Shown in pieces: positions 38,576 through 49,042 of a stretch of DNA of 64,000 nt. The translations under genes were made by a program, and so were the position numbers. The notes below the pieces were generated by a model. It had not been told where the DNA came from. It made no database searches and saw only the letters and a list, made by a program, of their open reading frames with translations. The first letter of the stretch is position 1. Each line of letters opens with the position of its first letter. Where the stretch lies: NCBI GenBank assembly GCA_029856045.1, contig JAHQWG010000048.1, positions 31,298-95,297 on the forward strand. The letters are read 5' to 3'. This stretch comes from Promethearchaeia archaeon. GTDB taxonomy: Archaea; Asgardarchaeota; Lokiarchaeia; Sigyniarchaeales; SOKP01.

Positions 38576-40453
38576 TTATATCCTCAGTCGTAATAACTCT
38601 CGACTTGTATATAATTGCATAAGTCCACTCACACTAATTGCTAAACCAAAGAAGGTTAGAACCATTATGGAAAGATATTCCGCAGCCTGTTGAGAAATGA
38701 GTGTATTCCCTAATAGGATCTGTTCAAGAGTTATAATATCTGTACTTATTAGACCTATAACGAAAAAGACAAATAAGCCGCCAATTAATTGAAGAATTCC
38801 TATAATATAATTAGCATTGTGAATTAATTTTAATCTGCCTTCCTTAATTTCAATAATTTGGCCATCACCAATAGCAATCATATCTCGATTCATCTTTTTA
38901 ATATAATAATAAATCATTTCTCTAAGTGGTATTACATCAAGAAGAACCGTTCCAAAAGTAAAAATACCAATATATATTAAAATTCGAAGAAATATCTCTC
39001 TAAATATTACATTAAATCCATCTATTGGAGAATTAATAATTGCAAAATTGGCGATAACAAAAATAAAAACACCCAAAGCACAAGTACTTATAAATTTTAA
39101 ACCGGATATAGTTAGAACTATTGAATTCCGATCAGCAATCGTTAAAGCATAATAGCTGATACCTGCGGTAAGTATGATAATACCTAACAATACAGCAATT
39201 GGTGGTAAGATAAATACGAAGATTAAACACATAGAACCTACAAAAATAGGTAGGTAGGGAAAGAATGGAGCTTTAAATGGGCGATCTAATTCTTTTCTTT
39301 TATTTCTTAATATGACAGCTCCAAAATTTATAAATGCCAACCCAAATAAATAAATAAAACTTGTCAATTGAGCAGCTAATCCGAAGGAGGTTGTAAAAAT
39401 TGTAAATAAAATAGCAATTATTAATGTGATAATCAATGAGTATATTGGCATTCCAGTTTTTTTACTTACTTTTTTTAGTCTTTTTGGGACATAGTTGTCT
39501 CGAGCTAAAGCAAATATGATACTCACAGCAGAGCCTATTGCAGCATTCATTGAAATTAATGTTGATATTATTGCAGCAATACCCATAAGAATGAATCCAA
39601 AAGGGCCTAATATTTTTAGTAGAATTTCAGATAATAACACAGGGGAATTGATTATTTCTTCTGCATTGTTTCCGATATTTATCAAAACTACAAATGTGAT
39701 TAATAAATAAAGAAATAGTGTTATGATAATAGCTGATATAAAAATTTTCGGAATAGTTTTTGATGGATTTTTAAGGTCTGAACTTAAATACGCTAAATTA
39801 GAGGTAATTGAAGTAAAACCAATAAATAAAATTGGAAATACAAAAATGATTCCAATCATTTTATCTATATTCATTTCTGATAAAAGATAATCAAAACTGA
39901 AATTATCTATATTAGTAATGGGTGCAATTGTAATTCCAGAAATAATAAAAATTACCAAAAATAATATGAGGAGAATTGTTAATAATATTAATATTTTAGT
40001 TGCCCTCTGGCTTGTACGGAATATTAAGATCCCCATAAAAAGAATTGATAATATTCCAATAAATAATAAGTAATCATGTAAAAACGGGAAAAATACATCT
40101 ATAGTACTGATAAATACTTGTGCAGAAAATGAACACGAAGCAATATTTGCAATCCAAAGGAAAAAACCGATAATAAAAGCCCAGAACCCACCCAACGCTT
40201 CTTTAGAAAAGGAATATCCACCACCGGAAACAGGAAGACTTGTTGCAAGTTCAGAAAAATTTAAAGCCGTTAAAAAAATCAAAATTCCTCCCAAAATCAA
40301 ACTAATTAAAACTCCTGGACCTGCATCACCTATTGAGGGTCCCAGGAGAGTAAATATTGTTCCTCCAATTCCACAACCAACACCATATAAAATTCCACCT
40401 AGAATTCCAACTGTTCTTTTAGGAGGTATTTTTTCTTGTTCAGAATCACTCAA
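38576..40453 (-). CDS. APC-family amino acid permease with four extra C-terminal TM helices
   Basis: GCGIGGTIF, FSELATSLPVSGGGY, LKNPSKTIP, ALARD, RPFKAP. Confidence 0.9.
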   Translation of the reverse strand: MSDSEQEKIPPKRTVGILGGILYGVGCGIGGTIFTLLGPSIGDAGPGVLISLILGGILIFLTALNFSELATSLPVSGGGYSFSKEALGGFWAFIIGFFLWIANIASCSFSAQVFISTIDVFFPFLHDYLLFIGILSILFMGILIFRTSQRATKILILLTILLILFLVIFIISGITIAPITNIDNFSFDYLLSEMNIDKMIGIIFVFPILFIGFTSITSNLAYLSSDLKNPSKTIPKIFISAIIITLFLYLLITFVVLINIGNNAEEIINSPVLLSEILLKILGPFGFILMGIAAIISTLISMNAAIGSAVSIIFALARDNYVPKRLKKVSKKTGMPIYSLIITLIIAILFTIFTTSFGLAAQLTSFIYLFGLAFINFGAVILRNKRKELDRPFKAPFFPYLPIFVGSMCLIFVFILPPIAVLLGIIILTAGISYYALTIADRNSIVLTISGLKFISTCALGVFIFVIANFAIINSPIDGFNVIFREIFLRILIYIGIFTFGTVLLDVIPLREMIYYYIKKMNRDMIAIGDGQIIEIKEGRLKLIHNANYIIGILQLIGGLFVFFVIGLISTDIITLEQILLGNTLISQQAAEYLSIMVLTFFGLAISVSGLMQLYTSRELLRLRI

Positions 40454-40494
40454 AATTTATTCCATTTAATATGCAATTCATATTAATTTAAAAG

Positions 40495-41946
40495 CTAAGA
40501 TTTTTCTAAATGAAATATACCTGAAATTATAATTAGACATCCACCGATTAATGATAAAATCATAATTATTAATGGGTTTGATTCACCAAAATCAATAAGA
40601 TTAAAAAAAAATCCAAATCCTATGATAAAAAAGATTATACTCATTCCAATTAATATTCCACCGAAAAATTTTGATGCTCTATAAATTAAAGATAATATTT
40701 CCAATCTATTTATTCGGCTTTCTTTATCTCTAATTTCTTCTTCTTGACCATCTAATTGCTTTTTTAGCTGTTGAAATATTTCTTTTGATTCACTTATACT
40801 TTTATCTATGGTATCTTTTGCTTTAGTTAATTTTTCATGTTCTTTTTCTGTATATTCTAACTTTTCAGTTATAGATTTTAAGTGATTTTCACGTTCGTTA
40901 TGTTCAGCAATAGCTGTTTCAATTTCTACCTTTAATTCATTCAATCTTTTTTCATTTAGACTTATAAGGTTCTCTTTTCCTAAAATTTGTTCTTTTATAG
41001 ACTCTATTGACTCATTTAATTCTATGATTTTTGTTTCTAAAGTTAGTATTTTTTGTTGTCTTTCTTCTACTTGGATTACATAGTTTCTAATAATTTGATC
41101 ATAAACATCTTTTCTCTTTTCTAATTCAGGAATCTGTTCATTATACTCCTGAAATTTGAGTTCAACACTATTTAATCTCTCTTCTTTATTCTCAATTTGT
41201 TCATTTAAAAGTTTTATTTCATTTTCTTTCGCTCCAATTAAATTATTAATATTAGAAATCTCATCTTTATTTTTATTAATAGTCGTTATCAGCCCTTCAT
41301 TTTCTGTTCTCAAACTTATTAATCGATTATCTAAAGTTTTAGATTCTTCTTTTAAAAGAGCAAACTTTTCTTCATTTTCTTGTATTTCTAGATTAAATTT
41401 TGCAATTTGGTTTCGTAATTCATCTTGATTCGTTAATTTTTCTTTAACTTTATCTTGGAGTACTGTTAAATCAATCTTTCTGGCTTGATAAGCATTATTA
41501 AGATCAGTGATCCTTTTTTGGAGGTCATTATATTCATTTTCTAATTTTTCTTTATTTTCAATTACTATCGCTAACTCTTCATTCAAAGTATTCGAACTTT
41601 CAACTTTTCGATTATATATTTCTTCCAACCCAGAAATCTTTTCCTCCAAAGCAATAAGATATTCTTCTTTATCATTTATTCTTTTAGTAACTACTTCAAA
41701 TCTTTTTTCTAACTCTTCAATTTCTTCACTTTTCTCAAGAGTTATCTTCTTATCTTCTTCCTTTTCTGATTCTGCTTCGCTTTTTCTCGCATTTGATACT
41801 GTATCAATACTGTTTTCGAATGTCCTCAATTTTTTATCGATAAGATCCCTACTATTTTTCGCCTTTATTAATAGATCTTTATCAATGCGATCTACTTCTT
41901 TCTCATTTTTTTTTTCCTTCTCTTCTTCGTTGAATTCTTCAGCCAT
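40495..41946 (-). CDS. Long coiled-coil protein with two C-terminal TM helices
   Basis: About 400 aa of E/K-rich heptads followed by a hydrophobic hairpin at the C-terminus. Confidence 0.85.
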   Translation of the reverse strand: MAEEFNEEEKEKKNEKEVDRIDKDLLIKAKNSRDLIDKKLRTFENSIDTVSNARKSEAESEKEEDKKITLEKSEEIEELEKRFEVVTKRINDKEEYLIALEEKISGLEEIYNRKVESSNTLNEELAIVIENKEKLENEYNDLQKRITDLNNAYQARKIDLTVLQDKVKEKLTNQDELRNQIAKFNLEIQENEEKFALLKEESKTLDNRLISLRTENEGLITTINKNKDEISNINNLIGAKENEIKLLNEQIENKEERLNSVELKFQEYNEQIPELEKRKDVYDQIIRNYVIQVEERQQKILTLETKIIELNESIESIKEQILGKENLISLNEKRLNELKVEIETAIAEHNERENHLKSITEKLEYTEKEHEKLTKAKDTIDKSISESKEIFQQLKKQLDGQEEEIRDKESRINRLEILSLIYRASKFFGGILIGMSIIFFIIGFGFFFNLIDFGESNPLIIMILSLIGGCLIIISGIFHLEKS

Positions 41947-42249
41947 AAATTTCGCTCTAAATAATCAGTTTGATTATATATTCTAAATTTTAACGCATTA
42001 GTACTAATAATTAGATAATTACTAATTAAAAAATTTATATAATTCTTTATAAATGGAAATATTGTTAAAATTCGATTAAAATAATAAAATGAATTATTTT
42101 AAATAAAAACATCCCAAAAAATGACTTTTCTTTAAAAAAAAAATTATAGAAAAATTGGAGATAAAAACATTTATCAGACCGATCAGTTTTATTTAAAACA
42201 AATTAATCTTTAAAATTTACTTAATAATTCAAATCAAGGCGCTCAATAA

Positions 42250-42879
42250 TTGAGTTATATCGTTACTTTTAATGAAAAATTAAAAGATTTGATTGATAAA
42301 GCAAAAGGATATGATAATTTAAAGAATTACAAAAAGTCAATAAAAGCCTGGATTGAAATCAGTGAATTTTGCTTACAATTTATGAAAAATCCTAAAATGG
42401 ATACAACTTATAAAAATATGCTTGTAAAGAAAATAAGAAATATTATTAATCACGTAAAATCTTTAAAATTAAAAATGCAACAAATAGAACAGAAAGCTAT
42501 AGAAATTGAGGAAGAGAAAATATCTACTTTAATAAATAATCTACCAGAACCTCCTATAGGTGAGCCTGAAGCATTAGATTCATCAGTTGATAATGGAATA
42601 ATAAAGGATGATATTATTAGTTCAGATCAAAAAGTTAAATCTGTACAAGAATTAAAAAATATTCCAAATGGATTCAAACCAATTAAACCAAAGAATTATG
42701 ATTTTGAAACGATAATTCCGAAAAATAAAACAAAACCTACTGTGAATTCACAGAAAAAAAGTCTAAAAAAAGATGATAAATTAAAGAAGCCGACTCGGTC
42801 ATGTCCATTTTGTGGTGGAGAAATTGGAATTGACGAGAAAATATGTTCTCATTGTGGAACACCGTTGAGTAATGGATAA
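42250..42879 (+). CDS. MIT-like domain, disordered linker and C-terminal zinc ribbon
   Basis: Three-helix N-terminus (LIDKA..YD...NY..SI..W), then CPFCG...CSHCG. Confidence 0.7.
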   Translation: MSYIVTFNEKLKDLIDKAKGYDNLKNYKKSIKAWIEISEFCLQFMKNPKMDTTYKNMLVKKIRNIINHVKSLKLKMQQIEQKAIEIEEEKISTLINNLPEPPIGEPEALDSSVDNGIIKDDIISSDQKVKSVQELKNIPNGFKPIKPKNYDFETIIPKNKTKPTVNSQKKSLKKDDKLKKPTRSCPFCGGEIGIDEKICSHCGTPLSNG

Positions 42880-42910
42880 TTTTTCTTTTAATCAAATTTA
42901 AAGTCGTATC

Positions 42911-43720
42911 TTATTTTCTTATTAAACCCAATTCTTCCGGAATTGGAGTATATAACTCCTCACCGGGATGGTTCACTAATTTAAAGAAAAAACAATATCT
43001 CAATTTTTCCCTTATCGATTTAATTGGATAATGTTTTTCAGGTTTTCCACCAATAAAACGAGGTTCTCGGAAGCGAACTAAAAATGCTCCGGTTTTAATA
43101 AATTTATGGATTAAGAAAATTCTTCTAAAAAATAAGAGTAATTTGGAATGTAAGGGAGTTGTTTGACTTTTATGCTGAGACATAGATTCAATCGCGATTT
43201 TTACATCTTTAAATCGAATTCTAATAGATATATTTGGTTTAAATGAATAAAAGAAAAACACTCGTTTTGGTAATTCGGGTTTTTTTAGTTTTTTAAGAGC
43301 AAAATATACAAGTCTTGCGGTATTCAGATGATCCCGATGAAAATCAATAGCGTACCAAGGATCAGGAGCAAAAATAATGTCTGGTTTCTCTTTTCTAATA
43401 ATATCTAGTACAAAATTTAATGAAATTTTATTTAAAGGAAGGAATCCATCAAAAAAACCTGCCCAAATCAAATTGATTTGATTGCCGGTATATTTTTTAT
43501 ATACATCTGCTGCCTTCTCCATCTCATGCATTCTGACTCTTTTGATCCGCTCTCCTTTAAAATCATTTCTTTTGGTTCCATATTCATCATTTGTCATTAT
43601 AACTTCTGTTACGTTATTGCCTAGTTTTAAAGCCTCTAAACACATAAAAGGTGCGCCCATTTCAATATCATCTGCATGTGGTGCGAAAAAAAGTGCTCTA
43701 ATATTTTTACGCTTAGACAT
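42911..43720 (-). CDS. PIG-L/LmbE-family deacetylase
   Basis: PHADD, HRDH, HKSQ. Confidence 0.9.
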   Translation of the reverse strand: MSKRKNIRALFFAPHADDIEMGAPFMCLEALKLGNNVTEVIMTNDEYGTKRNDFKGERIKRVRMHEMEKAADVYKKYTGNQINLIWAGFFDGFLPLNKISLNFVLDIIRKEKPDIIFAPDPWYAIDFHRDHLNTARLVYFALKKLKKPELPKRVFFFYSFKPNISIRIRFKDVKIAIESMSQHKSQTTPLHSKLLLFFRRIFLIHKFIKTGAFLVRFREPRFIGGKPEKHYPIKSIREKLRYCFFFKLVNHPGEELYTPIPEELGLIRK

Positions 43721-43809
43721 ATAATTTAAAGAAATTTTAAGAAATTATTAAATCTATCATATTAGAGTTCAATAAATTCTAATCTTTTGGTTGAATTATT
43801 TTTATCAAC

Positions 43810-44361
43810 TTATTTTCTTAATCTTTTTTTTTTATCCTTTTGATAATCTTCATATTTCTCAATGGCTCGATCTCTCCATATGGTTCGCCATCTTTTGAAT
43901 CCAGATTTTACGTATTTTTCTCGTCTATAGAAGTCTCTGCAAACCCAGCCAAATAGAATAAAAAAACGTTTTTTACCGCTTTCAATCGTTAAATTTCTTG
44001 ATTTTACACCTAATTCTCTTAGATGATTTACATACCTACTTTCTACAGCATCTTGTAATTTCCCTTCTATTTTTGTGTCTTCATAATTTTGGTTGGTTTC
44101 TATAAAGTAACTTCGAACTTTATCAAATATATTTCCGCGACATATTTTTATTAATTCGTCCGTAGAAACATTCATTTCAGTAAAAGTTTCTTTTACTAGT
44201 TCTACTGCTTTTTTTAGCGGTTGCTTGTTCTTAAACGGCTCTTCAAAAAATAACTCAACTGGTATGGTTTTAAAGATCATTTGATCAGTTTCTTTTCGAT
44301 AAAAACCTAAAAAAGCTGCTCCAACTAAGTCTCCAGTTCCAGAATCATCAATTTCAATCAA
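43810..44361 (-). CDS. Conserved archaeal RNase H-like fold protein
   Basis: N-terminal IEIDDSGTGDLVG resembles the RNase HII/HIII first strand. Confidence 0.55.
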   Translation of the reverse strand: MIEIDDSGTGDLVGAAFLGFYRKETDQMIFKTIPVELFFEEPFKNKQPLKKAVELVKETFTEMNVSTDELIKICRGNIFDKVRSYFIETNQNYEDTKIEGKLQDAVESRYVNHLRELGVKSRNLTIESGKKRFFILFGWVCRDFYRREKYVKSGFKRWRTIWRDRAIEKYEDYQKDKKKRLRK

Positions 44362-44502
44362 ATTTTATTTTCAGTCTCATAATGCTTCAAATTTTCTTTA
44401 TTTTGATAAGATTTTAAAATTTTTAAATCTAATCTATATAATATTGAAAAAAAAAAATAATATTTCAATATAAACAAACTAATAAATTATAGGTGATATT
44501 TT

Positions 44503-44709
44503 ATGCCTTTTGTTCAAGTAAATGTATGGAAAGGGATTTCGGAAGAAAAGATTAAACAAATTATAGCTGGAATAACTAAAGTTTTTGTTGATATGGGCAT
44601 TCCTACCCATGCAGTAGAGGTTATCGTTTATGAAATTCCAAAAACTCATTGGGGTATTGAAGGAAAGCCAGCTACAGAATCCCGTCCAGGTGGAAAACCA
44701 CCTCAATAA
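44503..44709 (+). CDS. 4-oxalocrotonate tautomerase family
   Basis: N-terminal Pro, V.VIVYEIP..HWGIEG, GGTGA RBS. Confidence 0.92.
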   Translation: MPFVQVNVWKGISEEKIKQIIAGITKVFVDMGIPTHAVEVIVYEIPKTHWGIEGKPATESRPGGKPPQ

Positions 44710-44733
44710 TCGTAAATAAAAAAATGAACGAAA

Positions 44734-45525
44734 ATGAAAAAGACAGAGATCATAACCATCGGAAACGAGATCTTAATAGGTAAAACACGAGATACAAATT
44801 CATCTTGGTTAGCCAAACGTATAACTAAATTTGGGCACATTGTTACTAGGATTACCACAATTCCAGACGATATAGATATAATAGCTGCAACCCTTAAGGA
44901 ATCTTTAAACCGTTCGCCTGATGTGATAATTACTTCAGGAGGTTTAGGGCCTACATGGGAGGATTTAACATTAAAAGGTATAGCAAAAGGGTTAAATAGA
45001 GAACTGAAACTTGATAAAATGGCATATGGTATGCTTAAGAGAAGGTATGATAATATTTTTAAAAAAGGCATTACAAAAGTTGGAGGAATGACAGAAACTC
45101 GTGAAAAAATGGCTTATTTACCAGAAGATTCTTATCCTTTAAGTAATCCTGTTGGAGCCGCCCCAGGAGTTGAAATTAAAGAGGGCACATCGATAATCAT
45201 TTGTTTGCCAGGAGTACCAGCTGAATTAAAGGGTATATTTAAACAGCATATAATTCCAATTTTAAAAAAAGATGCAGGAAAATTTATTGAAAGAACTTTA
45301 TTTTTCCAAGGAATAGGTGAATCGGAAGTAGCTCCTATGATTTCAGCAATGCAGAAGCAATTTCCTGAAATCTATTTAAAAAGCCATCCGAAACTTACAG
45401 AGAAATTAGATATTGAGTTATCAATTACTGCATTCAATATTGAGAATGCTGAAGAGATTATAAATCAAGTATTAAAAATAATTAAGAAGAAAATAATAGA
45501 ATTGGATGGCAAAATAATTGCGTAA
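44734..45525 (+). CDS. CinA N-terminal-like molybdopterin-binding domain protein
   Basis: IGNEILIG..RDTNS.WLA, SGGLGPTWEDLT, LPGVPAE. Confidence 0.92.
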   Translation: MKKTEIITIGNEILIGKTRDTNSSWLAKRITKFGHIVTRITTIPDDIDIIAATLKESLNRSPDVIITSGGLGPTWEDLTLKGIAKGLNRELKLDKMAYGMLKRRYDNIFKKGITKVGGMTETREKMAYLPEDSYPLSNPVGAAPGVEIKEGTSIIICLPGVPAELKGIFKQHIIPILKKDAGKFIERTLFFQGIGESEVAPMISAMQKQFPEIYLKSHPKLTEKLDIELSITAFNIENAEEIINQVLKIIKKKIIELDGKIIA

Positions 45526-45527
45526 TT

Positions 45528-48473
45528 TTAAGTGAATAAGAGATCTAACCGTCTTGTTAATTTTTTCAAATTTTTTAGAGCGTCACGAAAATAGATATCT
45601 AGCTTTACTTCATGAGCATCCATTGCTTGGTTAAATTCATTATTATCTCGATCAATTCTTAAAATATATTTAAATTTTTTAACAGAACCTGGTGGAAATT
45701 CGTCAATACTAAAAAATTTTGGATTAGGATTTTCCTTTAAGAATGATAAATATTTTGGGTGGTTAAACCGAATAATAACATCTTTTAAAGTGTTATTAGT
45801 TGGATTTGTGATTTTAAAATTAAAGAAAACTTTATTTCCAAGGAGTTTAATGTTTTTAAATAATAATAAGTTATTCTCATCTGCCAAATCAATCTGCCTT
45901 TTCGAAGAATAAAGCTTATTTCCAACAATTCTTCCTTGAATTTTATTATTTCTAATCAATTCGAAAATTTTACTCTTTAGAATTTTGCGATTCGTATTAA
46001 ACTTAGTTGCTATAAGCTCCATTGAAATAGGATTCATAATTTCTAGAAATTTATTTAATCGCCCAATAAATAAATGATCTTGAGTTGTGTTATTAAAATT
46101 ATTCAACTTTTTTTCTAATACATTTTTAGAACTACTCCAATTTTCTAAATAAGGTCTGAATTGACTTATCATAGGTTTTTGGTATTTAAGTTGCTTATTT
46201 TCAAAGATCAAATGATTAAGTTCATAATCAATATCTTGAATAAATTTTTTTATTCTTTCTGAAGTTAAGTTTTGTATATTTGTTATTTTTTCAAAATCAC
46301 TACTTTTAAGGAGAGTTTGAACTTTAATATGAAGATCTTCGAACTCCGCATAAAATTCATTAATTTTCTCAATTGCTTGAGAAGTTATATTTTGAATTTG
46401 ATGTTCAATAAGTTGAGATGCTATTAAAGAATTTAGGAAAGCATTTGAAAATTTACTTTTAAGATTAGTTTCACTAACGGGCATCTCTTTTTTAATATCT
46501 TCCTTATCTAGATTGGTAACTATATTCTCAAAAGCCAATAAATTCTCATTTATATTATATAATTCTTTTTGGATGTCTAATTTAACATCAATCCATTGGA
46601 TTATTAAATCATTAAATAAATCCTTAAACTCAAGATTTTCTAACATTATCTGACCGATTTCAGATTCAAATTTGAACAACTTAGAACGAACTGCTGTGAT
46701 TTGATTAAATTTTACCTTTAAATCAGAGGAGTGAAATGAAGATAAATCCTTTTGTGTTTTTATTAGATTATTTAATTTTTTATCAAAATCCTTTATGAGA
46801 TCAAATTCAATTGATAAGATCTTAATGCGATCTTCAATATTTCTTATTTTATCATTTAATTTTAATTTATAATTATCTTTTTTCTTCTCTAATTTCTTAA
46901 ACTCATATTCTTTTATTATACTTATTTCTTCAATTAGTTGAATTTTAATATCCTCCCATTCTTCCAAGATATCAACAACAAGATGTTTAACATTAAAAGA
47001 TTTAATTTCATTATCAAAATCATCTATTTGCTTAAGAAAATCTTTAAAACTCTCATTTAACTCGATTTCGGCCTTATTAAATTGGAGATTCCTAATATGA
47101 GAACTTATTGTTTCTCTAAACTCACTTGGATAATTAGTAAATCTTAAAAAATTATAATTAAAAAACTCAACATCTTGTTGAACTTTATCAATTTCAGTAT
47201 CTAGATTTTCATAAGCATCTTTTAATTGGAGTAAATTAATTTCAATTTCTTCTTTTACTTCTATATCTTTTTCTTTTGAAAGTATTTTTTTTAATTCAGA
47301 ACCAATTAAAACGTAGATTTTCTCACTTTTCAAAATTAATGCAATATCCGTTAAGAAATTAACTAAATTCTTGCGTTTTCTCCACAGTTTTGACTCAAAT
47401 TTATTAAATAATTTTAAGATCTCATTTTCAATATCATTTTCATTCTCATCATATAAGTTTGTTAAAACCCTGGAGATTGTAGTCCTTATTTTAAGTGAAG
47501 GATTGTTTAATTCTTCAAAAAAGAAACTAGATACACTTTCAATATTTTCTTGTCCTAAATAAAATAATGTTTCTTCAATATTATTTCTTAGTTCTATATT
47601 ATCAGTATCCAACTTGACTATTAGGTTAGAGAATAATTCATCAAAATGGATTTTTGCAATCTTTATAAGTGAATTTATTGTTTTAGATTGAATAACATGA
47701 CTATGATCTCCTAATAAATTGATTAATTGTGGAATTAAATCTTTAATCTCTGAGGAATATTTATTACTAATTTCCCCAACTATATCAATAATAGTTTCTC
47801 TAACTCGCCAATCATTATCTTTTAATAAATTATGAATTAATTTAAAAAATTCTTCTTTTGGTATAGATGAAAATCCCAAAAGTTTGAAAATTTTTCCTGC
47901 AAATTCTCTTATTTCTTCATTTTCCTCTCTAAAATTATTTACGACATTTTTTATTAGAGCATCGGTTTCTTTAACTTTAGAAGGATTTTCGGTTAATATC
48001 TTAACTATTCTTTTTGATGTTAATAATTTTACCCTCCATTCTACATCATTCAATTTTGATATGAAATCTGAGCCAATTTCTGAGAAATCTAAATGAGTAG
48101 AATTAATCAATACCCCTAAAATTTTAACACTTAGGCTTCTTACAAAAGAATCCTTATCCCATAGTCTTTCCTTAATAGGATCAAGTAAATCTAGAATATC
48201 ATTGGGACGATATATACTAATTTTATAAAGAATCTCTAATGTAACTAATCTTATCCATTCATCAGGATAATTGATAAATGGTTCAATTTCATTAATTATT
48301 TTAGAAACTACAGAAGGATTCTTGTCGCAAATTAAGTTGAGCAGTTCTAAAGATTTATATGTAGTATCCTTATCTGATTTTGTTTCTGCATAATTAATTA
48401 AATCAATAAGATCATCAGTAGCATTTTCATATTTCTTTTGTCCTATCTTTACAGCGATTTTTCCGTATTCCAT
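45528..48473 (-). CDS. HEAT-repeat protein with helical middle, winged-helix/PCI-like module and C-terminal Ig-like domain
   Basis: HEAT motifs D.DSFVR, D.EWRVK, DNDWRVRE; IATKF...IFELIRNNKIQGRI; FNFKITNPT..TLKDV.I. Confidence 0.8.
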   Translation of the reverse strand: MEYGKIAVKIGQKKYENATDDLIDLINYAETKSDKDTTYKSLELLNLICDKNPSVVSKIINEIEPFINYPDEWIRLVTLEILYKISIYRPNDILDLLDPIKERLWDKDSFVRSLSVKILGVLINSTHLDFSEIGSDFISKLNDVEWRVKLLTSKRIVKILTENPSKVKETDALIKNVVNNFREENEEIREFAGKIFKLLGFSSIPKEEFFKLIHNLLKDNDWRVRETIIDIVGEISNKYSSEIKDLIPQLINLLGDHSHVIQSKTINSLIKIAKIHFDELFSNLIVKLDTDNIELRNNIEETLFYLGQENIESVSSFFFEELNNPSLKIRTTISRVLTNLYDENENDIENEILKLFNKFESKLWRKRKNLVNFLTDIALILKSEKIYVLIGSELKKILSKEKDIEVKEEIEINLLQLKDAYENLDTEIDKVQQDVEFFNYNFLRFTNYPSEFRETISSHIRNLQFNKAEIELNESFKDFLKQIDDFDNEIKSFNVKHLVVDILEEWEDIKIQLIEEISIIKEYEFKKLEKKKDNYKLKLNDKIRNIEDRIKILSIEFDLIKDFDKKLNNLIKTQKDLSSFHSSDLKVKFNQITAVRSKLFKFESEIGQIMLENLEFKDLFNDLIIQWIDVKLDIQKELYNINENLLAFENIVTNLDKEDIKKEMPVSETNLKSKFSNAFLNSLIASQLIEHQIQNITSQAIEKINEFYAEFEDLHIKVQTLLKSSDFEKITNIQNLTSERIKKFIQDIDYELNHLIFENKQLKYQKPMISQFRPYLENWSSSKNVLEKKLNNFNNTTQDHLFIGRLNKFLEIMNPISMELIATKFNTNRKILKSKIFELIRNNKIQGRIVGNKLYSSKRQIDLADENNLLLFKNIKLLGNKVFFNFKITNPTNNTLKDVIIRFNHPKYLSFLKENPNPKFFSIDEFPPGSVKKFKYILRIDRDNNEFNQAMDAHEVKLDIYFRDALKNLKKLTRRLDLLFT

Positions 48474-48842
48474 TTTGTATTCCTATTATTCTTTAGTTGT
48501 AATAAGGCGACAAAAATTAATCAGTTGTTTTTCTATAAACATAACAAAAAAATATAGATTTAAATAATTATTTTAAATGATTTTATAACGAAATTCAATT
48601 TCAAAAACGAATATTCTTAATCATATTTTTAAAAAAAAAATTATTTACACCGAGAAGAAAATCAGTAAATATTTTCATTTAAAAGGAAATTATTCATTCT
48701 TTAATTTACTTCTTCAAGATTTGAAAATAACATTAAACTCTTATATCTCAGTTCGTATTTAATTTTAATACGATGAAATATTATTATTTTTATAAACTTT
48801 AATTTAATAAAAAGAATTAAGCTATAGATTCAGAATTTTTAT

Positions 48843-48944
48843 GGGAAGGTAGTCTAGCTTGGTATGATACTATAAAGATATTCTTTTTAGCAGAAATCTA
48901 GCTTTGGGAGTTAGAGGTCGGGGGTTCGAATCCCTCCCTTCCCA
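48843..48944 (+). tRNA. tRNA-Pro(TGG) with a 28-nt intron, best placed at 25/26 (48869-48896)
   Basis: Acceptor GGGAAGG/CCTTCCC-A, anticodon arm CTAGC-TTTGGGA-GTTAG, T loop TTCGAAT. Relaxed BHB TATG/CAGA. Confidence 0.92.
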
Positions 48945-49042
48945 TTTTTCACAAAATTTTTAAAAAAATTTGGAATAAAAGCAAAAATCCTAATAGAAAG
49001 AGAGATTTTCATTAATAATTATACTTTGGAATTTTTTACTCA

